Origin: Candidatus Methylacidiphilales bacterium
Lineage (GTDB): Bacteria; Verrucomicrobiota; Verrucomicrobiia; Methylacidiphilales; JANWVL01
Length of the DNA: 64,000 nucleotides
Reading direction: 5' to 3'
NCBI GenBank assembly: GCA_025056655.1
Contig: JANWVL010000164.1
Coordinates: 661-64,660 of the forward strand
Shown here: positions 9,468 to 19,566 of the stretch, piece by piece
Layout of the letters: every line of letters begins with the position of its first letter
How positions within the stretch are numbered: position 1 is the first letter of the stretch
Made by a program: the position numbers and the translations under genes
Notes under the pieces: generated by a model
Databases searched by the model: none
Seen by the model: only the letters and a program-made list of their open reading frames with translations
Told to the model about the DNA's origin: nothing

Positions 9468-10025
9468 TTAATTTCGCCACTTAATGTTGCACCCAAGACT
9501 AGGAAACTGTCGCTCAGAAACTCTCTCCCCAGAAATCAAAGCATCCAGAGCCGCTCTCAAGTCAGATCCCGTCACCGGTATGTTGTTGCCTGGACGACTC
9601 GAGTCAAATTGCCCCCGATAAACCAGCCGAGCGCTAGCATCATAAACAAAAAAATCGGGCGTGCAGGCTGCATCAAACGCCCGCGCAACCTCCTGCGTCG
9701 CATCATGCAGATACGGAAACGTCCACCCAAGACGTATAGCCTGTTCTCGCATCCGATCTGGAGCATCTTGAGGATATGTCGTTTCATCATTCGAGCAGAT
9801 CGCGACAAAATCCACCGCCTTGCCAGCATAATCGCGCGCCAATTCAGAAATGCCTTTTTCGATGTGAATAACATACGGACAATGACAACAAAGGAACATC
9901 ACAACCAGCGGCCGCGTCAGACTACCAGGACCATAAGCACGCCTCGTGCCTGACACAACATCCCTTAACTCAAACTGCGGCAACAACGTGCCCAACGGTG
10001 ACATTTTAGATGGTGTAAGAGCCAT
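9468..10025 (-). CDS. Thioredoxin-fold protein (AhpC/TSA / redoxin-like)
   Basis: Carries FLCCHCPYV (CxxC-type centre) followed by the ICSNDETTYPQD region typical of thioredoxin-family redoxins. 185 aa. Confidence 0.7.
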   Translation of the reverse strand: MALTPSKMSPLGTLLPQFELRDVVSGTRRAYGPGSLTRPLVVMFLCCHCPYVIHIEKGISELARDYAGKAVDFVAICSNDETTYPQDAPDRMREQAIRLGWTFPYLHDATQEVARAFDAACTPDFFVYDASARLVYRGQFDSSRPGNNIPVTGSDLRAALDALISGERVSERQFPSLGCNIKWRN

Positions 10026-10063
10026 GTAAGCTAAAATATTACGTTTTTTTCAGTGCGTAAATT

Positions 10064-10471
10064 TTGAATTCACCCTATCATTCAACAATGATCTCAAAAG
10101 GGTTCGTGGCGATTTCTTCCGAGCCAATTACTGACGAAATCATTCGCTGCTATATACAATCATGGCTTACGCGATTCCATCGAGTCGAGCAAGTTTCGCC
10201 CACTGACACCCATGCTAACGTAACCCTACACCTCAAATCATGCGATGAATACATCCCCCACGACCAGGTCCAGTTCCGTGTATTGCACGGAGATGATTTC
10301 GCCTGGGTTTACATCACTCGCAACCGCCGAGTAATCGAGACAACAGGACTCCCACTCGAGGAATTCTCCCTATGCCTAGAAGTCTTGCTTGAGCTCCCAT
10401 CAATCCAAGAAATCATCAACGATCAAGATGACCGACGCCTAAATGAACTAGAATCGCAAGGCCTCTTGTAA
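10064..10471 (+). CDS. Hypothetical protein
   Basis: 135-aa ORF beginning at TTG, with an in-frame ATG at 10088 (MISKGF). No recognisable motif. It fills the gap between convergent and divergent neighbours. Confidence 0.35.
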   Translation: MNSPYHSTMISKGFVAISSEPITDEIIRCYIQSWLTRFHRVEQVSPTDTHANVTLHLKSCDEYIPHDQVQFRVLHGDDFAWVYITRNRRVIETTGLPLEEFSLCLEVLLELPSIQEIINDQDDRRLNELESQGLL

Positions 10472-10508
10472 AAAGCTGAGCCCTTTGAGAATACCAGCTC
10501 CTTTACCA

Positions 10509-11183
10509 TTACTCCAACCGCATCAAACGCCCAGCTTCAAGATGATAACGCACTTTTCCACGCTGCGCGATATTATGATTGTGCGTCACCACGATCAACG
10601 TCTTCCCAGCGCGCTCGTGTAGCGCTTCAAGCAAATCGATCACCTCTTGCGCAGACTGGCTATCGAGATTGCCAGTCGGTTCATCCGCAACGATGATCGG
10701 TGCATCATTCCTAAACGCTCGAGCAATCGCAACACGTTGCTGTTCGCCCCCTGAAAGCTGCGCCGGATAATGTGTGGCACGCTCGCTCAGACCGACAAGG
10801 CGAAGCAGAGACTCAGCCTCATCGCGTTCGCTCTTTCCAGCAATCATCGCAGGTAGCATCACGTTTTCCCAAGCCGTCAGCTCAGGCAAGAGATGGTAAG
10901 ATTGAAAAACGTAACCAATCATGTGATTACGCCAAGCTGCTAGCTTCTTTGCTCCCATTTTATAAATCGATCGGTCTTCCCACATCACCTGCCCTTCATC
11001 TGGAGGCTCCAGCCCAGACAACACATTGAGTAACGTCGTCTTACCCGACCCCGAAACGCCCTGAATGGTGATGAATTGGCCAAATCGCAAATCCATATTC
11101 ACACGATCCAGCACACGAAGAACTTTACCGCCCGTGCGATAAGTTTTGGTCACATTTTTAAGTTGAATAATTTCCTCGCTCAT
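10509..11183 (-). CDS. lolD: Lipoprotein-releasing system ATP-binding protein (LolD-like ABC ATPase)
   Basis: Walker [13 protein letters not shown] signature LSGGEQQRV and Walker B IIVADEPT. It is adjacent to an FtsX-family permease. Confidence 0.8.
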   Translation of the reverse strand: MSEEIIQLKNVTKTYRTGGKVLRVLDRVNMDLRFGQFITIQGVSGSGKTTLLNVLSGLEPPDEGQVMWEDRSIYKMGAKKLAAWRNHMIGYVFQSYHLLPELTAWENVMLPAMIAGKSERDEAESLLRLVGLSERATHYPAQLSGGEQQRVAIARAFRNDAPIIVADEPTGNLDSQSAQEVIDLLEALHERAGKTLIVVTHNHNIAQRGKVRYHLEAGRLMRLE

Positions 11184-11198
11184 AGTTGTGACTCTCTA

Positions 11199-12701
11199 TT
11201 ATTCATACCGCAACGCTTGCGCAGGCATAAGTCGCGCCGCACTGCGAGCTGGTATATATGCAGCTAAAATACATATAGCCACGGCAATGCCAGCTATGCT
11301 GCCTACCAAAGGCAGACTTTCACCCAAAGGCACTGCAGGTATCTGTGCAATGTTGTAGATCTCTGGCGCAAAGACATCCACGCCCATCAATCGAGCAAGA
11401 CCCTCACGCAATTCATTTCGAAACGACAACGCTACCCATGCCAATCCCACTCCAAGCACGGACCCCACCGTCCCGACAATTCCTCCATACCACAGAAAAA
11501 TAGCCATTATCTGACCCTCACGCGCTCCAAGGGCCTTCAAAATGCCGATTTCTTTACTCTTCTGCACCGTGATCGTGATCAAAGTGCTACACAATCCAAA
11601 CCCCGCCACCAGAATGATAAACAAAAGCACAAATGTCATCGTCACTCGCTCCGTAGCCACCGCTGTAAAAAGCGTGCGGTTTTGATCCATCCACGTCCGC
11701 ACCATATACCGACCATCGGTTTCCTTGATAAGACGATGCTTGAATGCCTCAGCCACCTCAGGCGCATCTTCATTCAACCGCACATGCACCCCATGCACAG
11801 CCGTCTCAAGCGCATAGAGATATTGAGCGTTGGATAATGAAGTCACCATCACATTCAAGTCATAATCATACATCCCAGTTCGAAATATCCCCGTTATTAC
11901 CAGCTCCGTCGGCAAAACCAAATGCTGCTCTGTAGCGGTAGCCATCTCCACCGGCACCACCTGCGGCGCCGATGTCCCCTCGACAGGGGCTTTATCTTTG
12001 CTTTCCTTGTCAGCCTGTTCCTTGTTAGCCACCTTATTACTCGCGCCGTTTTTTTCGGTCTTGCTTTCGTCCCTCCTGGACGTCTCCAATGCGGCCGAAT
12101 TCTCAGCGTCAGAGGAGACAGCCCTAGCCTTCTGTGAGTGTAGGACTGGCAAATTCCTAGGAGCATAGACCAATATCTTGTCGCCAACCGTTGCCCCCTG
12201 CTGTAGCGCCCATTCCTCGCCCACAATCACCGCATTACCTTGAAGCAAAGCTTCACCCTTCACCAACCACTTCGATTCATCCATCGGCAACATGCCGCTT
12301 AACTCCTCCACCTCCACCCCCCGCAAAACAGGCGAACTCAACGCCTGTTGAAACTCCACCAGCACAGGCCCCTGCACAAAACCACTCGCCGACACTACCT
12401 CCTCCTTCACCCGCAGTTGCTGTGCCAACCCCCGCCAATCCTCCAACACCCCACCCATCCCCGACACAGTCACATGAGCGTTGAACCCGACAATCTTACT
12501 CCTAATCTCTCGCTCAAATCCCTCCATCACCGAAAGCACCACAAGCAAAACCATCACCCCAAGCGTCACTCCCAACACAGATAACATCGTAATCACCGAC
12601 ACAAACGTCCGCTGCGGTCTAATGTAACGCCGCGCCAGAAAAAACGAAAAATTCCTGCGCACTGCTTTCTTTGCCATCGCGCCAAATTGCCAAGTTTCCA
12701 C
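11199..12701 (-). CDS. LolC/LolE-like FtsX-family permease with an inserted low-complexity periplasmic segment
   Basis: FLARRYIRPQRTF near the N-terminus, the MacB-like periplasmic domain, and a C-terminal FtsX region (GILKALGA...AARLMPAQALRYE). The likely true start is the ATG at 12677 (MAKKAVRR). Confidence 0.8.
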   Translation of the reverse strand: METWQFGAMAKKAVRRNFSFFLARRYIRPQRTFVSVITMLSVLGVTLGVMVLLVVLSVMEGFEREIRSKIVGFNAHVTVSGMGGVLEDWRGLAQQLRVKEEVVSASGFVQGPVLVEFQQALSSPVLRGVEVEELSGMLPMDESKWLVKGEALLQGNAVIVGEEWALQQGATVGDKILVYAPRNLPVLHSQKARAVSSDAENSAALETSRRDESKTEKNGASNKVANKEQADKESKDKAPVEGTSAPQVVPVEMATATEQHLVLPTELVITGIFRTGMYDYDLNVMVTSLSNAQYLYALETAVHGVHVRLNEDAPEVAEAFKHRLIKETDGRYMVRTWMDQNRTLFTAVATERVTMTFVLLFIILVAGFGLCSTLITITVQKSKEIGILKALGAREGQIMAIFLWYGGIVGTVGSVLGVGLAWVALSFRNELREGLARLMGVDVFAPEIYNIAQIPAVPLGESLPLVGSIAGIAVAICILAAYIPARSAARLMPAQALRYE

Positions 12702-12787
12702 TGAACCTCAACAAAGAAATTCCAGCTTGCATCCGAAGGCCACTTGCTGCAACTTACACTCCCTCTAAAAAATCCATCTACCAAAAT

Positions 12788-13105
12788 ATGTTCGCAATAC
12801 TACAAACCGGCGGAAAACAATACAAAGTCTCCGAAGGCGACATCCTCGATGTCGAGCTCCTCGGCTTAAACACCGGAGACAAAACCACCCTCAACGAAGT
12901 CCTACTCATCGCCGAAGGCGAAAACATCCAAGTCGGACGCCCCTTTCTCCCCAACGCAAAAGTCGAATGCGAAGTGCTCGAAGGCGAGGTCAAAGCCCCT
13001 AAGGTTATCGCCTACAAATTCAAGCGCCGCAAAGGCTATCACCGCACCGTCGGCCACCGCCAAAGATACACGCGGCTTAAAGTCACAAAAATCATTTCCC
13101 AATAG
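12788..13105 (+). CDS. rplU: 50S ribosomal protein L21
   Basis: MFAILQTGGKQYKVSEGD is the canonical L21 N-terminus. I trimmed the ORF-track entry (12671) to the ATG at 12788. Confidence 0.93.
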   Translation: MFAILQTGGKQYKVSEGDILDVELLGLNTGDKTTLNEVLLIAEGENIQVGRPFLPNAKVECEVLEGEVKAPKVIAYKFKRRKGYHRTVGHRQRYTRLKVTKIISQ

Positions 13106-13147
13106 CTCCTCACAAAATCACATAACCCTCAACACGGAGGACACACC

Positions 13148-13411
13148 ATGGCACACAAAAAAGGTCAAGGAAGCACCAAAAACGGCAGAGACAGCGCAAG
13201 CAAACGTCTCGGCGTCAAAATCTATGGCGGCCAAATGGCCACCGCTGGAAACATTATCTACCGCCAGCGCGGCACCGTCTATCATCCAGGCAAAAACGTA
13301 GGCATGGGACGCGACTTCACCCTCTTCGCACTCATCGACGGAATTGTCCAATACGACAAAAACAACCGTCGCATCCACGTCCTCCCCCCTACCCCCACCA
13401 CCGCAAACTAA
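13148..13411 (+). CDS. rpmA: 50S ribosomal protein L27
   Basis: [24 protein letters not shown] is the canonical L27 N-terminus. It directly follows rplU. Confidence 0.95.
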   Translation: MAHKKGQGSTKNGRDSASKRLGVKIYGGQMATAGNIIYRQRGTVYHPGKNVGMGRDFTLFALIDGIVQYDKNNRRIHVLPPTPTTAN

Positions 13412-13551
13412 CCCCCACACCGCCTGCCTCCCCAATCGGTAACACCCCCCGTTGCCGAATAACACACCACCCACACACCCCTTGATGCCAGCTAGCAGCT
13501 TGCATTAAGGCCCCACTTCCATACCCTTCAATCTCATAACCCCCACATACC

Positions 13552-14664
13552 ATGCCCCCTTTTGTCGACCGCGTCCGCATCCTAGCCAAAGCAGGAGACG
13601 GAGGTCGTGGATGCGTCAGCTTCCGAAGAGAACCCCACATCCCCTACGGCGGACCAGACGGCGGCAAAGGCGGACGAGGCGGCCACGTAATCCTTAAAGT
13701 CAATCCACACCTCAACAACCTCTACCACCTCAAGCTCACTCCACACCACAGAGCCCAAAACGGCCAAGCCGGTGGAAGCGGCAACTGCACAGGTCGAAAC
13801 GGCGCCGACACCATCATCGAAGTCCCCCCTGGCACAGTCGTCAGCCTCCTCGGTCCTCCTCCACGACACGCCCCCGCATCAGAAGAACGCCTCGCGCCTC
13901 TCCCCCCGCCTCGTGCAAAGCTCACAGTCATCGCCGACCTCACTCAGCCCTACGAAGAATTCATCCTCTGCCACGGAGGACGCGGAGGCAGAGGAAACGC
14001 CAGCTACAAAACTCCCACACACCAAGCTCCACGAGAATACGAAGAAGGCCAGCCAGGCGAAGTCGGCCAATTCGTCCTCGAGCTCAAATCCATCGCAGAC
14101 GTAGGCCTAGTCGGTTACCCCAACGCCGGTAAATCCTCCCTCCTCGCTGCCCTCTCACGCGCCCATCCCAAGATTGCCCCCTACCCCTTCAGCACCCTCA
14201 CCCCACAAATCGGCGTCCTGGAAACCCCGGGCACTTCACATCCCATCGTCATTGCAGACATCCCCGGTCTCATCGAAGGAGCCCATCAGGGTGTGGGACT
14301 CGGACACGAATTCCTAAGACACATCGAGCGCTGCCGTATGCTGATTATCCTCATCGATATCGCCGCTACGGAGGGACGCGACCCCGCCCAAGATTATGCC
14401 ACCCTTCGCAAAGAACTAAAACTCTACTCGCCCTCTTTAGCTGAGAAGCCCTTCCTCATAGTTGCTAATAAAATAGACCTTCCAGAAGCTGCCCACAATC
14501 TAACCCTCTTTCGAAAAAAAATTCGTCGTCGCGTCTTCCCCCTCTCCACTCTCACTCGCGAAGGAATTCCCAAGCTCATCGAAGCAATCGTTCAACAACT
14601 CCGCCAAATCGACCAAGCCCCACCTGCCGCTCCCTTGCCCAACCCCACAACTCCCGTAAAATAG
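13552..14664 (+). CDS. obg: GTPase Obg/CgtA
   Basis: Obg-fold glycine-rich N-terminus (FVDRVRILAKAGDGGRGCVSFRRE, GGKGGRGGHV), G1 GYPNAGKSSL and G3 DIPGLIEGA. It sits in the conserved rplU-rpmA-obg order. Confidence 0.93.
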   Translation: MPPFVDRVRILAKAGDGGRGCVSFRREPHIPYGGPDGGKGGRGGHVILKVNPHLNNLYHLKLTPHHRAQNGQAGGSGNCTGRNGADTIIEVPPGTVVSLLGPPPRHAPASEERLAPLPPPRAKLTVIADLTQPYEEFILCHGGRGGRGNASYKTPTHQAPREYEEGQPGEVGQFVLELKSIADVGLVGYPNAGKSSLLAALSRAHPKIAPYPFSTLTPQIGVLETPGTSHPIVIADIPGLIEGAHQGVGLGHEFLRHIERCRMLIILIDIAATEGRDPAQDYATLRKELKLYSPSLAEKPFLIVANKIDLPEAAHNLTLFRKKIRRRVFPLSTLTREGIPKLIEAIVQQLRQIDQAPPAAPLPNPTTPVK

Positions 14665-14668
14665 AACT

Positions 14669-14995
14669 ATGGAAACTCTTCTACACATCACCCCTCAAGC
14701 CGCTCAACAAATTCTCAAACTTACCGAATCCAAACCTAAACTAGGCCTCCGCCTGCACATCGCAAAAGGAGGCTGCTCAGGCCTAGAATACCACATGAAT
14801 CTCACCGAGCCCGCCACCAATGACTACATCATTGAGTCCCACGGCGCTCGAGTCTATCTTGATCCTCAAGCCAAACCCTACCTCCAAGGCGCTACCCTCC
14901 ACTACGAAGATGCCCTTACAGGCGCCGGATTTCGTATCCGCAATCCCAATGCCACCCAGACCTGCGGGTGCGGCGCGTCCTTCACCACCCAATAA
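14669..14995 (+). CDS. HesB/IscA-family iron-sulfur cluster insertion protein
   Basis: 108 aa, with GGCSGLEY and the C-terminal CGCGASF cysteine triad. Confidence 0.88.
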   Translation: METLLHITPQAAQQILKLTESKPKLGLRLHIAKGGCSGLEYHMNLTEPATNDYIIESHGARVYLDPQAKPYLQGATLHYEDALTGAGFRIRNPNATQTCGCGASFTTQ

Positions 14996-15002
14996 ACAAC
15001 CC

Positions 15003-15800
15003 CTACCCCATGTCCCCTCCCCGTGGCAAACTCTGTGCAAACTCCCACCACTCGTCAGGAGCCAGCTCCTCAGCACGACAATCAAGATCGCATGCGAAAA
15101 TCGTCCGCAACTGTTTCCTTCGATACTGAAAAGCCCGCCGCACAACGGCCTGAAACCACTCAAACTCTGGATCCCGCGCCTGTTCCCGTATCCTTTCAAA
15201 ACGCAACACAGCAGAATGAACCTTAGGCCTCGGATAAAAAAGCTGGCATGGCACTCGCCGCACAAATTCAATCCTATAAGCCCTCTGCAAAATCACCGAT
15301 GGAGCCCCATAATTCGGCGTTCCAGGACGTGCTCGGATTCGGTCCGCCAGCTCTTCCTGCACCATAAACACCAAAGTCCGCGGAAGCTCTGCCGCTCTGA
15401 GAACAGAAAAGAGAATCGGCGTTGAAATATTATAAGGCAAGTTTCCGACTATCGCAGCCCAAGACTGCTCCATAGCCCGCGGCAAGTATTCCAAAATATC
15501 GGCCTGAACGAGATGAAAATTCCTGCACTCAACAAACCGGTCCTGCAGATATCGACTCAACCCAAGATCAATCTCCACCGCATGGACTTCCACCCCCCTA
15601 CTCAACAAATGCTCCGTAAGCGCCCCAAGCCCTGGCCCGACCTCTAAAACTCGGCCAAATGGCTGCTTCTGCAAACTCTCAATAATCACATCAGCAATCA
15701 ACCGGCAGACGTTCTCATCATGCAAAAAATTCTGACCAAATCGCTCCAGAGGCCTTAACCCCCGACTCAGGAGTGCCTGCCTGATCTCCCTCAAGTTCAT
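15003..15800 (-). CDS. rsmA: 16S rRNA (adenine1518/1519-N6)-dimethyltransferase
   Basis: Carries FGQNFLHDENV and the SAM motif VLEVGPGLGALT. 265 aa. Confidence 0.9.
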   Translation of the reverse strand: MNLREIRQALLSRGLRPLERFGQNFLHDENVCRLIADVIIESLQKQPFGRVLEVGPGLGALTEHLLSRGVEVHAVEIDLGLSRYLQDRFVECRNFHLVQADILEYLPRAMEQSWAAIVGNLPYNISTPILFSVLRAAELPRTLVFMVQEELADRIRARPGTPNYGAPSVILQRAYRIEFVRRVPCQLFYPRPKVHSAVLRFERIREQARDPEFEWFQAVVRRAFQYRRKQLRTIFACDLDCRAEELAPDEWWEFAQSLPRGGDMG

Positions 15801-15861
15801 TTACCAACCCTTGAAGTTATCTATTTTCTCTCCGCCCAAATCAACCAATAAATGCGAGACC

Positions 15862-16416
15862 CTAGTCTTCCCCATTTTTAATTGCATCCAGTCTATCCTT
15901 AATCTCCGATCGCTCCGAGGCACTCAGATAGTCAATAAAAAGACGCCCCTGTAAATGATCAAACTCATGTTGCACAGCACGGGCTAACAAACCCGTAGCC
16001 TCATAATTCACCACCCTACCCTCAAAATCATATGTTTTAAAACGCACTCGCTTCGACCGGCTTATCATAAGCGAAAGATTAGGAAAACTCAAACACCCTT
16101 CACTCTCTCTAAGCTTAGACTTCGTCAACTCAACCTCTGGATTGATCAAATAAAGCGGCATCTCCCGCTCAATCTCCACCTCTTTCCCCTCTCGCCACAA
16201 ACGACTAGGCCGATCCTCTACACCGCGAACGTCAATAACTGCAAGTTGCAAAGCGTAGCCGACTTGTTGAGCAGCAAGCCCCACCCCATTCACACCCCTC
16301 ATCGTCAACAACATCTCCTGCAACAATCTCCGCCACCCCTCGCTCAAAGGAAACGTCACCGGTTTCCCCACCTCACGCAACACCGGATTCCCATACCTGA
16401 CAATCTTCAGTGCCAT
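15862..16416 (-). CDS. def: Peptide deformylase
   Basis: Has the three deformylase motifs: GVGLAAQQVG, EGCLSFP and HEFDHLQG. Confidence 0.93.
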   Translation of the reverse strand: MALKIVRYGNPVLREVGKPVTFPLSEGWRRLLQEMLLTMRGVNGVGLAAQQVGYALQLAVIDVRGVEDRPSRLWREGKEVEIEREMPLYLINPEVELTKSKLRESEGCLSFPNLSLMISRSKRVRFKTYDFEGRVVNYEATGLLARAVQHEFDHLQGRLFIDYLSASERSEIKDRLDAIKNGED

Positions 16417-16577
16417 ATATCATCACTAGCTTTCATCCCCCTTTTCATCCAGCCACAAAATCATTTCCCACAACGTCAACCCCCCCCCATCGCCCAGCCA
16501 AGAGCATATTTGACCTATTCTCGCTTCAAGATTAGTCTATACTAAAAACATGGCCTAAACTTTCCTCTACCCTCATC

Positions 16578-17561
16578 ATGGAGACTACTGAGACGATTAA
16601 CTTCGAAAATGGTCACGCCCTTCACGAGCTCCTCACAGCCGACCCGCAACACCTAGAAATCTTACAAAAAACTTTCGCCGTCAAAATCATCACACGCGAC
16701 GGTTGGCTCAAAATCCAAGGCACACCGCAAAACACTGCACTCGTCCGCCAAGTCATCCAAGAACTCCAAACGGCAAAAAATCTCGGCATGACCATCCGCC
16801 GCCACGAATTCATTCATGCTATCGAAAATACACGGCAAGCCCTAAACATTCCCCTAGCCTCGCTCCAAGAAAACAAAATTCACACCTCAGCCAAACGCCC
16901 ACCAGTTGTCGCAAAAACACTCAACCAAAAACTCTACCTCGACGCCATCTCTCGTCATGATCTCGTCTTTGGCCTAGGACCCGCCGGCACAGGCAAAACC
17001 TTCCTCGCAGTCGCCTGCGCACTCACTGCCCTAAAAAGCGAATCCGTCAAACGGATCATCCTCACCCGCCCCGCAGTCGAGGCCGGTGAAGCCCTCGGCT
17101 TCTTGCCCGGTGATCTACGTGAAAAAATACTACCGTATCTTCGCCCCTTATATGACGCCATAAACATCCTCCTTGATCCCGAAGAAATCGCCAAAGCCAA
17201 TGAACGCCAAACTATCGAAATCGCTCCCCTAGCTTACATGCGCGGGCGGACCCTCTCCCACGCCTTCGTAATACTCGACGAAGCCCAAAACACCACACCC
17301 GAACAAATGTTCATGCTTCTCACCCGCCTTGGCCCCGGCTCAAAATGTGTCGTAACGGGAGACCCCTCACAATGCGACTTACCCCGATCTCGGCCATCCG
17401 GCCTACAAGAAGCCATCTTAGCCTTAAAAGGCATCCCCGAAATCCCTTTCATCTACTTCCAAGAAACAGACGTCATCCGCCACGAGCTTGTGCAAAAAAT
17501 TATCGTCGCCTACCGTAACCATCGGCAACGGAATGATTCCGCCCAGACAACCCCCTCATGA
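16578..17561 (+). CDS. phoH: PhoH-family ATPase (YbeZ-like)
   Basis: Walker A GPAGTGKTFLAV and Walker B-like FVILDEAQN. Its stop overlaps the next start (ATGA at 17558). Confidence 0.88.
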   Translation: METTETINFENGHALHELLTADPQHLEILQKTFAVKIITRDGWLKIQGTPQNTALVRQVIQELQTAKNLGMTIRRHEFIHAIENTRQALNIPLASLQENKIHTSAKRPPVVAKTLNQKLYLDAISRHDLVFGLGPAGTGKTFLAVACALTALKSESVKRIILTRPAVEAGEALGFLPGDLREKILPYLRPLYDAINILLDPEEIAKANERQTIEIAPLAYMRGRTLSHAFVILDEAQNTTPEQMFMLLTRLGPGSKCVVTGDPSQCDLPRSRPSGLQEAILALKGIPEIPFIYFQETDVIRHELVQKIIVAYRNHRQRNDSAQTTPS

Positions 17562-19147
17562 TTCACTGGTTTCAACGCCGCCTGCTCATTCAAAAAGGCC
17601 TTGCAACTGAGAAGCAGCGCCGCTCCCAAATCCCACGCGTCCTCTTTGAGCGCCTCGATAACTCCCAAAACCTACGCCTACTGATTTGTGCCCTCTTCAC
17701 CCTCTTCATCCTCTATTTTAGTTGGAACGCCACACCCGCACCCCTCCTAACTCTCAGCGAGACCCGCATCCTCACACTACTAGCATTACCGCTCACCTAC
17801 TTACTTTTTCGCATCTTGCTTCCCCCTGTTCATGCTACAAACTCACGGCTCTTTCTCCACCTTAGCGCAATAGCCCTAAATATCTTGGCTCACCAAGCCA
17901 CTCATTACTGGTTCCGCGCCGAGACACAAGACACCCTTCTCTCCGCAGTCTACTACACCACCATCCCCTTTGCTCCCCTTCTCCTCACAGTTCTTTTAGG
18001 GCAACCCGCTGGCATTTTTGCAACCCTCACTACAAGTTATTTCTCCACCCTCCTGATTGAGCCTACACTGAGCTTTCTCGTCCTCAACCTCATCTCTGGA
18101 CTCCTCGTCACGACATTCAGCCACAATATCCGCAAACGCAGCGACATCGTTCGTGCCGGCGCCATCGCAGGAGCCACGACATCAGCCATAGCTTTCATCC
18201 TCGCATTCATGCAGCCCTACAATTCCATCCTTCTCTTCGGACAACCCATCGCCTGTTTCGTCATCGGCATCTTCACCGCGATGGTCGTCAACAGCCTCCT
18301 CCCTCTTATCGAATCCCTCTTCAGAATATCCACCAACATCTCATGGATCGAGCTATGCGACCTCAATCACCCCCTTCTTCGAGAACTTTCCATCCGCGCA
18401 CCCGGCACCTACCAACATTCCCAAATGGTCGCCAACCTCGCTGAATCCGCCGCCCACGCCATCGGAGCAAACGGCACCCTCTGCCGCGTAATGGCCTACT
18501 TTCACGACATCGGAAAAATGACCAAACCCGAATACTTCACCGAAAACGCAGGCTCCGACAATCCGCACAAAGAACTCACACCGACCATGTCCGCACTCAT
18601 CATCATCTCCCACGTAAAAGAAGGCCTAGACCTCGCCATCAAACACAAACTCCAACCAGAAATCCTCGACGCCATCCAACAACACCACGGCGACTCCATC
18701 GTCTATTACTTCTATCGCCGCGCCCTACAACAAGCCGAAGACGCACGCCTTGGCTCGCTAATCATGGACATGCCAGATGAACCCACCGACGAGATCTCAC
18801 AAGAACCTTTCCGATACCCAGGTCCACGCCCACAAACCAAAGAAATCGCCATCGTCTCGCTGGCTGACGCCATCGAGGGAGCTTCCCGATCCCTACAAAA
18901 ACCCACTCCTCAACGGATCGAAGACCTCGTCCAAGATATCATTCGCCAAAAAATCAACCAACAACAACTCACAGACTGCCACCTCACCTTCAACGAACTA
19001 GAAATCATCAAGGACTCCTTCACCACCACCCTAAAATCCATCCTCCACTCCCGCATCGCATACCCAAAGCATGAAAAAAACAATCCCTCACCTCCACATC
19101 CACCGTCATCCCCAAAGTCCACGACTCCCGCTTCGACCTCTTCGTAA
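17558..19147 (+). CDS. HD/HDIG-domain protein with 7TM N-terminal region (PgpH/YqfF-like)
   Basis: Multiple N-terminal TM helices followed by the HD domain (YFHDIGKM, QQHHGDS). It lies between phoH and ybeY, as in many bacteria. Confidence 0.82.
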   Translation: MIHWFQRRLLIQKGLATEKQRRSQIPRVLFERLDNSQNLRLLICALFTLFILYFSWNATPAPLLTLSETRILTLLALPLTYLLFRILLPPVHATNSRLFLHLSAIALNILAHQATHYWFRAETQDTLLSAVYYTTIPFAPLLLTVLLGQPAGIFATLTTSYFSTLLIEPTLSFLVLNLISGLLVTTFSHNIRKRSDIVRAGAIAGATTSAIAFILAFMQPYNSILLFGQPIACFVIGIFTAMVVNSLLPLIESLFRISTNISWIELCDLNHPLLRELSIRAPGTYQHSQMVANLAESAAHAIGANGTLCRVMAYFHDIGKMTKPEYFTENAGSDNPHKELTPTMSALIIISHVKEGLDLAIKHKLQPEILDAIQQHHGDSIVYYFYRRALQQAEDARLGSLIMDMPDEPTDEISQEPFRYPGPRPQTKEIAIVSLADAIEGASRSLQKPTPQRIEDLVQDIIRQKINQQQLTDCHLTFNELEIIKDSFTTTLKSILHSRIAYPKHEKNNPSPPHPPSSPKSTTPASTSS

Positions 19148-19499
19148 TTACTGGCTACGCTCTCTCACCCTCCTTCCTCACACCCGCACAGCCCTCCCCC
19201 CCACTGTCTCCATCCACCTCGTCTCTCTGCAGACAATAACCGCCCTTCACAAACGCTTCCTAAACGACCCCACCCCCACCGACGTCATCACCTTCCACCA
19301 CGGCGAAATCTTCATCTGTCCTGCTGTCGCCATAGAAAATGCTCCACACTACAACACCTCTCCCATCGAAGAGATCGCATTATACGGCCTTCACGGCCTT
19401 CTACACCTATGCGGCTTCACCGATACCACCCCCAGCAAACGCCGCATCATGCACCGCATCCAAAATTCCATCCACAACCAAATCCGTGAGCTCCTATAA
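19071..19499 (+). CDS. ybeY: rRNA maturation endoribonuclease YbeY
   Basis: Carries PTDVITF and the zinc motif HGLHGLLHLCGF (HxxxHxxxxxH-type). The only in-frame ATG gives a 77-nt overlap with the upstream gene. Confidence 0.82.
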   Translation: MKKTIPHLHIHRHPQSPRLPLRPLRNYWLRSLTLLPHTRTALPPTVSIHLVSLQTITALHKRFLNDPTPTDVITFHHGEIFICPAVAIENAPHYNTSPIEEIALYGLHGLLHLCGFTDTTPSKRRIMHRIQNSIHNQIRELL

Positions 19500-19566
19500 A
19501 AATGCCTGCCTTTTTCCTACGCAAAAAACGAATTCATGATAACCTATCCGACAATCTCCCCAAATT

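Noticed and set aside
14783-15425. 162-aa (minus) and 201-aa (plus) ORFs overlapping the iscA-like gene and rsmA.
   Set aside because: Both overlap well-supported genes, and their products show no recognisable features.
16417-16577. ttgacc ... tatact promoter-like pair upstream of phoH.
   Set aside because: The spacer is 22 nt, outside the usual 16-18 nt range.
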